Shown here: positions 9,255 through 16,409 of the stretch, one piece after another | How the letters are laid out: each line of letters begins with the position of its first letter | How positions within the stretch are numbered: position 1 is the stretch's first letter | Notes under the pieces: generated by a model | What the model was told of the DNA's origin: nothing | What the model saw: the letters and a program-made list of their open reading frames with translations, nothing else | Database searches by the model: none | Translations under genes and position numbers: made by a program | Origin: Candidatus Caldarchaeum sp. | GTDB taxonomy: Archaea; Thermoproteota; Nitrososphaeria_A; Caldarchaeales; Caldarchaeaceae | Reading direction: 5' to 3' | Length of the DNA: 24,000 bases | Assembly: GCA_038831915.1 (NCBI GenBank) | Contig: JAWBKB010000013.1 | Span: 1-24,000 of the forward strand

Positions 9255-10058
9255 CTAGTCACCTTTTCCGACTATTTCTTTTAAAATGGAGTCAGGTTCG
9301 CATTTTAACCCATGTTCGTTGAAAAAGTTGCAAAGTGTTGATACGCCTTTTTCCAAAAGTTGATGTGCGAGAGGATGGCTTGTCTTGACTGCTTGAGCAA
9401 GGTCGATGAGATATGTTTTGAGGTCTTTTGCAACTATGATGTTGTATTCGCTGAGGTCTCCGTGAACCAGTTCAGCCCCTTGATAGAGTTTTCGCAGGTT
9501 TTCCACGACTTGGCCTAGAATGTTTTCAAGCTCGTCATATTCGAAGCTTTCTTCAACGAGTAGGGGATATCGTATTCCATTTTCGCCGAGGAACTGCATC
9601 ACGAGGATGTTTTCTTTATGGGCCAATGGCTTGGGAACCGCTACTCCAGCTTCAAAGGCTTCAACGAGGTTTGCATATTCCCTCCTTGACCAAAGATAGA
9701 TAAACTTTCGGAAATCGCCGGGTATCGATTTGAAACGCGGGTCGTCCACAACATATTGAAGCCTGTTCCGCCTAAATTCCGCAGAGCTAACCAAATAGAT
9801 TTTCACCGCCGCTTCCACTCCGTCGCCAGATATCCCGTGGTAGACCCGGGATTCTTTGCCGGCGCTGATGACGCCCATCACCTGTCGCAGTTTCCCCATG
9901 TTAAGCAGGTCATAGAGAGAAAGAAGTGTTTTTTGGTCGAAGACTTCTTCGAGGCTTTCGTCTAGTTCTGAGCGTTTAATTAAATATCGTTGCTGTCTTT
10001 CCTTTCGGTATTCCTTTTGTCGGAGCTTTTTTTCGAGGTCTTCGACGCCGCCTTTCAA
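9255..10058 (-). CDS. rio1: RIO-type serine/threonine protein kinase (Rio1)
   Basis: 267 aa. It has the RIO flexible-loop/ATP motif ISAGKESRVYHG, the catalytic LVHGDLSEYNIIV and the metal-binding IDLAQAV. TTG is the only possible start codon before residue ~53. Confidence 0.9.
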   Translation of the reverse strand: MKGGVEDLEKKLRQKEYRKERQQRYLIKRSELDESLEEVFDQKTLLSLYDLLNMGKLRQVMGVISAGKESRVYHGISGDGVEAAVKIYLVSSAEFRRNRLQYVVDDPRFKSIPGDFRKFIYLWSRREYANLVEAFEAGVAVPKPLAHKENILVMQFLGENGIRYPLLVEESFEYDELENILGQVVENLRKLYQGAELVHGDLSEYNIIVAKDLKTYLIDLAQAVKTSHPLAHQLLEKGVSTLCNFFNEHGLKCEPDSILKEIVGKGD

Positions 10059-10080
10059 AACCTATCCCATTAATTGAAAA

Positions 10081-10205
10081 TCCCGCGGGCAGGATTTGAA
10101 CCTGCGACCACCCGGTTTCCATGTAGCCTGGAGCGCTGAATTCGTCGGTTCAGCCTTGGGCTGACCGCTACAGCCGGGCGCTCTACCAGGCTGAGCTACC
10201 GCGGG
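10081..10205 (-). tRNA. tRNA-Tyr (anticodon GUA) with a 51-nt intron at canonical position 37/38; CCA not encoded
   Basis: Folded by hand from the reverse complement. Acceptor stem CCCGCGG/CCGCGGG with discriminator A. D arm GCUC-AGCCUGGUA-GAGC. Anticodon stem CCCGG/CCGGG with loop CU-GUA-G[intron]A. Variable loop UGGUC. T arm GCAGG-UUCAAAU-CCUGC. C1-G72 is the archaeal tRNA-Tyr identity pair. The exons sum to 74 nt. Confidence 0.88.
10117..10167 (-). other. tRNA-Tyr intron (about 51 nt)
   Basis: The intron lies between G37 and A38. Its 3' part, GCUACA, is complementary to the anticodon region UGUAGC. Its 5' part forms a hairpin, CGGUCAGCC-CAA-GGCUGAACCG, with one bulged A. A strict hBHBh' motif could not be drawn by eye, so the splice motif may be relaxed. 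Confidence 0.6.
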
Positions 10206-10210
10206 ATTTT

Positions 10211-10774
10211 CTACGATTTGTCAATTGATTTGATGTTTTTTAGTTTTTCGAATGCGCGGAACCTCTTCGTCAAAATGTATGCGTTTATGGCAAGAAGCAG
10301 GAAGGCGACGGCAGTTAGGTATGGGCTTAACGACGTGATAAGCCCGATGCCGAAGAAGGCGAGTGAAAGCGGCCATCCGCAGCAGAGATATCCGAAGCTT
10401 ATGATGCTGGCGAGTAGTCCACCGACACCGCTCCAAGCCGTTCCGATTAAACAAGCGCGTAGCAAGCCTTTCCTGTACAGGAGTAATAGCAGGCCCGCGT
10501 TATAGCCCACTAGCGTGGAAATCACCAAGCCAATCAAAGCTGGAAAAATTCTGAGGTTGACCACGAAGCCGTCTCCGATGATTTGTAGCATCGGCCCAGT
10601 GTAGAACTGGCTTTCAACGTGGGTTAGAACGAAAACTGTCTGTTGAATCCCGATTCGCGGCGCCGTGATGAACTGCGCCGCACCTGTAAACATTAGGTAG
10701 AATACATAGTATGGGATGAGCACCGCGACAGCAAAACCGAGCAATTGTTTATTCATCATCTGCTCAGAAGCCAT
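10211..10774 (-). CDS. Hypothetical integral membrane protein (about 4-5 TM helices, CC pair), co-oriented and overlapping with the SCO1 gene
   Basis: 187-aa hydrophobic ORF with no recognisable family motif. It contains FGYLCCGWP and one more Cys (LRACLIG). ATG 10759 overlaps the SCO1 TGA stop in an ATGA arrangement, so the true start may be 10759 rather than 10774. Confidence 0.55.
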   Translation of the reverse strand: MASEQMMNKQLLGFAVAVLIPYYVFYLMFTGAAQFITAPRIGIQQTVFVLTHVESQFYTGPMLQIIGDGFVVNLRIFPALIGLVISTLVGYNAGLLLLLYRKGLLRACLIGTAWSGVGGLLASIISFGYLCCGWPLSLAFFGIGLITSLSPYLTAVAFLLLAINAYILTKRFRAFEKLKNIKSIDKS

Positions 10775-11373
10775 TCAACAGTTTTCCTGTACTCGTCATA
10801 TTCCATGTCAGGGGTTAGAGCGGTCCTTAGAATGTGATTCTTGTCCGCGCCCAAAACCATCGCATAGTGGTCGACTAAGTAATTGCCCTTTTCATCAGGC
10901 GGAAGCTTTTTCGCAAAAATGTTGTACTGGACCATTACTTGACCGACTTCTTCAGGAGTGCCAGTCAAGGCGATTATACGAGGTGAATAGTATGAGACGT
11001 ATCTTTTCATCATATCAGATGTATCTCTTTCAGGGTCGACAGTGATGAAAATGAAAGCAACTTTGTCAGCGTTCGGGCCGAGGTCTTTAATCAGCTTACC
11101 GAACTTACTTAACACAAGTGGACAGACATCCGGACAGTTTGTATACCCGAAATACATCAGGACAACTTTCCCTTTCACGCTGGATAACTTGAACGGTTTT
11201 CCATTTTGGTCGGTCAAGGTAAAATCAGGCAAAACACGTTCACCGGGGATTTCGATGGCCGGCCTGTAGCCGAAAAAATCTCCTCGCATCAACAACGCCG
11301 CTAACGCACCCAAGGCCGCGGCGAGAACCGCCACCCCGACAAACAACAATATTTTAGCTCGCATCAACTGCAT
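10756..11373 (-). CDS. sco1: SCO1/SenC-family thioredoxin-fold copper chaperone, N-terminally membrane anchored
   Basis: 205 aa. It has an N-terminal TM helix (ILLFVGVAVLAAALGALAALLM), the CxxxC copper motif in the context FGYTNCPDVCP, and a downstream conserved His (YLVDHYAMV). Confidence 0.85.
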   Translation of the reverse strand: MQLMRAKILLFVGVAVLAAALGALAALLMRGDFFGYRPAIEIPGERVLPDFTLTDQNGKPFKLSSVKGKVVLMYFGYTNCPDVCPLVLSKFGKLIKDLGPNADKVAFIFITVDPERDTSDMMKRYVSYYSPRIIALTGTPEEVGQVMVQYNIFAKKLPPDEKGNYLVDHYAMVLGADKNHILRTALTPDMEYDEYRKTVEWLLSR

Positions 11374-11395
11374 CTGTTCTTCAGCACAACTTTAA

Positions 11396-11403
11396 GCTAT
11401 TTA
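11396..11403 (-). promoter_or_regulatory. TATA box (TAAATAGC on the minus strand) for the sco1 operon
   Basis: Centred about 27 nt upstream of ATG 11373, with no SD. It sits back-to-back with the nrdJ TATA in a 74-nt divergent spacer. Confidence 0.45.
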
Positions 11404-11414
11404 GCCTACTTAAG

Positions 11415-11422
11415 ATTTAAAC
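11415..11422 (+). promoter_or_regulatory. TATA box (ATTTAAAC) for nrdJ
   Basis: Centred about 27-29 nt upstream of TTG 11448. This implies a leaderless or near-leaderless transcript. Confidence 0.45.
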
Positions 11423-11447
11423 ACGAGAGACGCTGTCTTACCGTGGG

Positions 11448-14000
11448 TTGGCAGGTCTTCCCCACAAAGTTGTGAAAAGAGATGGAAGGGTTGTTGACTT
11501 TGACTCAGCGAGGATTAGGGAAGCCATTCGAAAGGCCATGGCTTCACAAAAGATTTTAGACGAGGAACTCTTAGAATCTGTGACTGCTTCAGTTCTTGAC
11601 CAGCTATCGAAAAAATTCGGCTCCGAAAAGATTCCCCACTTGGAGGAGATTCAGGACATCGTTGAATCCACCTTGATGGATAAAGGGTTGAAGGATGTGG
11701 CTAAGGCTTACATCCTCTACCGCCGTGAAAGAACGCGAATACGCGAAGAAAAAATGAGAATACTGGGAACGAGCTTCATCGATGAAGTCGACAAAAAGTT
11801 TTCGCTAAACGCTTTGAGGCTGATGGTTTCAAGATATCTCCTAAAGGACAAGGACGGTAAAGTGGTTGAGAAGCCAAAGCAAATGTTTCAGAGAGTCGCG
11901 GCTTTGATTGTTTTGGCTGACGTTGTTTACGACCCGATATTCTTCGACCGCGATGGGAGAAACAAGCCCCATCCATTTGACCACAGCGTTATACATCGAT
12001 ATGCTGACAAAATCGGCATCGGTCCCGCGGAAAACCCGTTAGAAACGAAGTGGAACATGTATCATCTCGACCGGCTGGCAGCGCTTTACAAACGCTTAAA
12101 CGAAGCCGGCCAAATGATGAAGCCACTCGAAGAAATATTGGAATTACTCCGAACCAACTCTCATCGCTTCTACGAAAGATACAAGCGATATTATGATTTG
12201 ATGGTTGAGAAAAAGTTTCTACCCAACAGCCCAACCCTTTTCAACGCTGGCACCGTTTTGAACCAGCTTAGTGCGTGTTTCGTTCTGGACGTAGAGGATG
12301 ACATTGGCTCGATCATGAAAACCGCTGAGGAGGCGGCGATCATTTTCAAGACCGGCGGCGGCGTGGGTGTCAATTATTCGAAGCTCCGTCCTGAAGGAGA
12401 CGTGGTCGCATCCACTGGAGGTGTTGCGTCCGGTCCAGTTTCGTTCATGAGGATAATCGATACAGTGACAGATGTTGTCAAGCAGGGAGGTCGCCGTCGT
12501 GGGGCAAACATCGGCGTGCTAAACATCAATCATCCAGACATCGAAAAATTTATCACCGCTAAGCTGACGCCTGGCTTCCTCGAAAACTTCAACATATCGG
12601 TAATGGTTTTACCCGATTTTTGGTTGCACTATGAGCAGAGGAAGCCGTATCCCTTAGTCAACCCGAGAGACGGCTCTTTGTGGAAAACAGTCGACCCGCA
12701 CGGGCTGTTGCGTTTAATCGCGGAAACCGCGTGGAAAACAGCCGATCCTGGCTTGCTGTACCACGACAACATTAACGAGTTGAATCCTCTCGAAGAAATC
12801 TATGGCAAGATCAACTGTGTCAACCCATGCGGCGAACAACCTCTCTATCCACACGAATCATGTAATCTCGGCTCCATCAACCTTCACGCATTCGTCAAAA
12901 ACGGCCAGATAGACTGGAAAGAACTGGAAGAAACTGTGAAAACTGCTGTAAAATTTTTGGACAACGTGGTCGACCTGACTAACCATCCGACAGAAGCCAT
13001 CGAAAAAATGACGCTTCGAACACGGCGAATTGGACTTGGCGTCATGGGGCTCGCCGACATGCTGTATGAACTCAAAATACCGTATAACAGCGAAGAAGGG
13101 TTCGAAACCATGTCGAAAGTCATGGAATTCATCGCGTACAAGGCCGTTGAAACATCTGCCGAAATCGCCCAGCAGCGAGGACCATTTCCAGATTTTGAAA
13201 AGAGTGCATGGGCGCGACGCCGTCTTCCCTTCAAAGGCGTCTACTTATACACCAAGAAATGGATGGACTGGGATGGTTTGGCCGAGAAGGCGGCAAACGG
13301 CATGCGTAACAGCTACCTCTTGACCGTTGCGCCGACGGGAAGCATATCAATGCTCGCCGAAGTTTCTTCGGGGCTTGAGCCGCAGTTCGCACTCGTCTAC
13401 CGCAAACAGGTAACCGCTGGCATCTTCTACTACGTCGACCGGGTCTTCGAAAAATATCTAGAAGATAATCTTCTCCCGAAGGAGACGGTTTTGAGAATGG
13501 TGGCTGATAACGGCGGCTCGGTGCAGGGATTGGACATGATCCCGGCCCAAGCTCGCCAAATCTTCGTGACAGCGTTGGATATTCCGTGGTGGGATCATCT
13601 TCGTGCGCAGGCGGAGATACAGAAATGGGTCGATGCATCGGTCAGCAAAACCATCAACATGCCGTCTTGGGTGACGGTCGATGACGTTTTGAAGGCTTTT
13701 GTGGCTGCTCACAGGCTTGGCTTGAAAGGTGTCACGGTTTATAGGGACGGCTCAAAAACTGCTCAGGTTTTGCAGACCCCAACACAGACACGTGGAAGAT
13801 ACAGCATCGAAGTGAAGAACAACACGGCCGAAATCTTTAGAAAAATCGGAATAGAGGTCGGTGAAATTCCGTCACGGTCCTTCGCCGTTCCGCCATCGGC
13901 TACCGTGGTTTGTCCTGTCTGCGGAGGCAAGGAATTAGTCTTTCAAGAGGGCTGTCAAAAATGTGTTGACTGCGGATGGTCCAGCTGCGTTATTGCGTAA
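11448..14000 (+). CDS. nrdJ: Class II (adenosylcobalamin-dependent) ribonucleoside-diphosphate/triphosphate reductase with N-terminal ATP-cone and C-terminal Cys-rich zinc-ribbon tail
   Basis: 850 aa. ATP-cone (VVKRDGRVVDFDSARIREAIRKA). Class II RNR core motifs (LPNSPTLFNAGT, NPCGEQPLYPHESCNLGSINL, SKTINMP, VYRDGS). C-terminal CPVCGG...CQKCVDCGWSSC. The size shows no intein. An alternative start is GTG 11472. Confidence 0.93.
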   Translation: MAGLPHKVVKRDGRVVDFDSARIREAIRKAMASQKILDEELLESVTASVLDQLSKKFGSEKIPHLEEIQDIVESTLMDKGLKDVAKAYILYRRERTRIREEKMRILGTSFIDEVDKKFSLNALRLMVSRYLLKDKDGKVVEKPKQMFQRVAALIVLADVVYDPIFFDRDGRNKPHPFDHSVIHRYADKIGIGPAENPLETKWNMYHLDRLAALYKRLNEAGQMMKPLEEILELLRTNSHRFYERYKRYYDLMVEKKFLPNSPTLFNAGTVLNQLSACFVLDVEDDIGSIMKTAEEAAIIFKTGGGVGVNYSKLRPEGDVVASTGGVASGPVSFMRIIDTVTDVVKQGGRRRGANIGVLNINHPDIEKFITAKLTPGFLENFNISVMVLPDFWLHYEQRKPYPLVNPRDGSLWKTVDPHGLLRLIAETAWKTADPGLLYHDNINELNPLEEIYGKINCVNPCGEQPLYPHESCNLGSINLHAFVKNGQIDWKELEETVKTAVKFLDNVVDLTNHPTEAIEKMTLRTRRIGLGVMGLADMLYELKIPYNSEEGFETMSKVMEFIAYKAVETSAEIAQQRGPFPDFEKSAWARRRLPFKGVYLYTKKWMDWDGLAEKAANGMRNSYLLTVAPTGSISMLAEVSSGLEPQFALVYRKQVTAGIFYYVDRVFEKYLEDNLLPKETVLRMVADNGGSVQGLDMIPAQARQIFVTALDIPWWDHLRAQAEIQKWVDASVSKTINMPSWVTVDDVLKAFVAAHRLGLKGVTVYRDGSKTAQVLQTPTQTRGRYSIEVKNNTAEIFRKIGIEVGEIPSRSFAVPPSATVVCPVCGGKELVFQEGCQKCVDCGWSSCVIA

Positions 14001-14025
14001 AGCCTAAAAACCACAAGTCAAAACA

Positions 14026-14472
14026 ATGAACATGTCCGCGGTAATTAGTAGAGCGAAAGCCGTTTGGGAGGGTGACCTATTCCACGGCAAAGGCGTGGTT
14101 AGCTTCGACAGCGGAGCTTTGCCTCAGAAAGAAATAACATGGGCTGCACGTTCGTCGAAGATACCGGGTATGACTAGTCCGGAAGAGCTGCTCGCAGCCG
14201 CTCACGCGGGTTGTTTCGCCATGGCTCTTTCGAACATTTTGGCAAAGGAAGGCAAGCCGGCGACGCGGCTCGAAGTCACAGCCGACGCTGTTTTCACGAA
14301 AACCGACGAAGGATTTAAAATCACAGAGATAACTCTGACCGTGGTTGGAGTTGTTCCCGGAATGGACCAGACTGGTTTCGCGAAGGCGGCGTCAGCTGCG
14401 GGAGAGGGATGCCCAGTCTCGAAAGCTTTGAAAGGAAACGTCAAAATCAACTTAAACGCCCGGCTTGCGTAA
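14026..14472 (+). CDS. osmC: OsmC-family peroxiredoxin (organic hydroperoxide reductase)
   Basis: 148 aa with both OsmC catalytic cysteines in their typical contexts (LAAAHAGCFAMAL and GCPVSKAL). Confidence 0.85.
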   Translation: MNMSAVISRAKAVWEGDLFHGKGVVSFDSGALPQKEITWAARSSKIPGMTSPEELLAAAHAGCFAMALSNILAKEGKPATRLEVTADAVFTKTDEGFKITEITLTVVGVVPGMDQTGFAKAASAAGEGCPVSKALKGNVKINLNARLA

Positions 14473-14986
14473 ATCGACTCTAACGTTTCTCGTTCTTTTT
14501 TCACTTCTTCTCGGAGCAGTTTTATTTCAAGCTAGCCTGAAAGCTGGCAACGATAGCGCGGCATCTCAGTCAGCCACCTTGACCAGCTATGAAAATACCC
14601 AGACAAGCATTTCCTATGTCGAAGTGGGAAGGTTCAGGGTTTATGTCGAAGTGGCGGATGACGATGTTGAAAAGGCGCGCGGGCTTTCAGGTCGCGAAAG
14701 TCTTCCACCCGACTGGGGGATGTTGTTTATTTTCGACAGACCAGGCATGTATAGCTTCTGGATGTATGAAATGCGTTTTCCCATTGACATCATCTGGATA
14801 AACGAAACTTTTCACATAGTTTTCATAGTGGAAAATGCTCCTCCATGCCTTCCATCAGATGTTTGCGTCCCTTACGCTCCTAACGCACAGGCAAAATATG
14901 TGTTGGAAATTAATGCCGGTCTTGTTGAACGATATGGGATAAAGGTGGGGGATAGAGTGGTTTTTTCGTCTGGTTTAGCCGACTGA
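14465..14986 (+). CDS. DUF192-family protein with N-terminal signal peptide or membrane anchor
   Basis: 173 aa. The TTG start yields a classic n-h-c region ([23 protein letters not shown]). The DUF192 core is [18 protein letters not shown]...[11 protein letters not shown]. It overlaps osmC by 8 nt. Confidence 0.72.
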   Translation: MRKSTLTFLVLFSLLLGAVLFQASLKAGNDSAASQSATLTSYENTQTSISYVEVGRFRVYVEVADDDVEKARGLSGRESLPPDWGMLFIFDRPGMYSFWMYEMRFPIDIIWINETFHIVFIVENAPPCLPSDVCVPYAPNAQAKYVLEINAGLVERYGIKVGDRVVFSSGLAD

Positions 14987-16375
14987 TCCTGACATTTCCA
15001 ACTCGATGAGCCTGTTGAATTCGACGGCGTACTCCATCGGCAGTGTCTTCGTGAAGGGCTCAAGGAAGCCGAGCACTATCATGTTTAATGCTTCTTGTTC
15101 TGATAGTCCGCGGGTCATCAGGTAGAAGAGCTGTTCTTCGCCGATTTTGCCGACAGTTGCTTCATGTGTTGCGGTTGTGTCTTCTTCGTTTATCTCGTTG
15201 TATGGATAAGTGTCTGTTCGCGAAATGTCGTCTAGGATGAGGGCGTCGCATCTCACGCTTGATTTTACTCTTTTCGCACCTTTTGCCACATGCAATAATC
15301 CTCTGTAGGATGTTCGGCCACCGCTTTTGCAGACTGATTTTGAGGTGATGCGCGAAGTAGTCTCAGGCGCAAGATGAACCGCTTTAGCTCCGGTGTCCTG
15401 ATGCTGTCCTCTTCCAGCGAAAGCAACAGAGAGAATGTCGGCTTTCGCACCGCGGCCCAATAGATAAACGCTGGGATATTTCATGGTGACTTTGCTCCCG
15501 ATGTTTGCGTCTACCCATTCGACTGTCGCTTCTTCATAGGCATGGGCGCGTTTAGTGACGAGGTTGTATACATCGCTGCTCCAGTTCTGAAGGGTGGTAT
15601 AGCGGACGTAAGCGCCTTTCTTGGCGATAATTTCGACGACCGCGGTGTGAAGCGAGGAAGTTGAGTAAATCGGCGCCGTGCAACCCTCGATGTAGTGTAC
15701 CCGACTGTACGGCTCTGCTATGATAAGAGTCCTTTCGAACTGGCCGACGTTTGCAGCGTTGATTCTGAAGTAAGCCTGCAATGGATACTGGATTTCAACT
15801 CCTTCAGGGACGTAGATGAAGCTTCCTCCGCTGAAGACGGCGCTGTTGAGTGCTGCGAATTTGTTGTCCTCTGGTGGAACAACTTTGCCGAAGTATGGTT
15901 TGAAGATGTCCGAATATTCGCGGAAAGCCGTGTCAGGGTCGACGAAAATTACGCCTTTCTTTTCCAGCTCTTTCTGCAAATTGTGGTAGACGACTTCGCT
16001 TTCGTACTGAGCGCCAACGCCGGCAAGGAACTTACGCTCCGCCTCCGGAATTCCCAGCTTTTCAAATGTGTTTTTAATGTATTCGGGGACTTCGTCCCAG
16101 CTCCTGGCTTTTCGGTCGCTCGGCTTGATGTAGTAGTGTATGCGGTCGAAATCAACTCCTGAAAGGTCAGCCCCCCAGATTGGCATGGGTTTTTTGTAAA
16201 AGATTTCGAGGCTTTTCATTCTGAATTTCCTCAGCCATTCGGGTTCGTCTTTGTGTCGTGAAATTTCTTCGACTACTTCTCCGGATAGGCCGGGTTTTGA
16301 TTTGTAGACATAGAGCTCAGGGTCTTTAAAGTCGTATTTCGTGTAGTCGATTTCGAGTGTGGTTTTTTCACCCAT
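14975..16375 (-). CDS. sufB: Fe-S cluster assembly scaffold protein SufB
   Basis: 466 aa with full-length resemblance to SufB (...[21 protein letters not shown]..., [50 protein letters not shown]). No sufC or sufD lies adjacent. Confidence 0.93.
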   Translation of the reverse strand: MGEKTTLEIDYTKYDFKDPELYVYKSKPGLSGEVVEEISRHKDEPEWLRKFRMKSLEIFYKKPMPIWGADLSGVDFDRIHYYIKPSDRKARSWDEVPEYIKNTFEKLGIPEAERKFLAGVGAQYESEVVYHNLQKELEKKGVIFVDPDTAFREYSDIFKPYFGKVVPPEDNKFAALNSAVFSGGSFIYVPEGVEIQYPLQAYFRINAANVGQFERTLIIAEPYSRVHYIEGCTAPIYSTSSLHTAVVEIIAKKGAYVRYTTLQNWSSDVYNLVTKRAHAYEEATVEWVDANIGSKVTMKYPSVYLLGRGAKADILSVAFAGRGQHQDTGAKAVHLAPETTSRITSKSVCKSGGRTSYRGLLHVAKGAKRVKSSVRCDALILDDISRTDTYPYNEINEEDTTATHEATVGKIGEEQLFYLMTRGLSEQEALNMIVLGFLEPFTKTLPMEYAVEFNRLIELEMSGSVG

Positions 16376-16409
16376 TCGGATATAACGGCGTTATAGTGCG
16401 ATTTATACG

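Noticed and set aside
10117-10167. C/D box sRNA hidden in the tRNA-Tyr intron, as in some euryarchaeal tRNA-Trp introns
   Set aside because: The intron contains CUGA-like tetramers but no UGAUGA-type C or C' box and no 12-nt box spacing.
11374-11447. Cobalamin riboswitch or other leader element upstream of the B12-dependent nrdJ
   Set aside because: The spacer is only 74 nt and is filled by two back-to-back TATA boxes. The nrdJ transcript appears leaderless, which leaves no room for a structured leader.
11448-16375. Inteins in nrdJ, sufB or cdc48
   Set aside because: The protein lengths (850, 466 and 727 aa) match intein-free homologues. The conserved motifs are contiguous, and no Cys/Ser...HN splice-junction insert is present.
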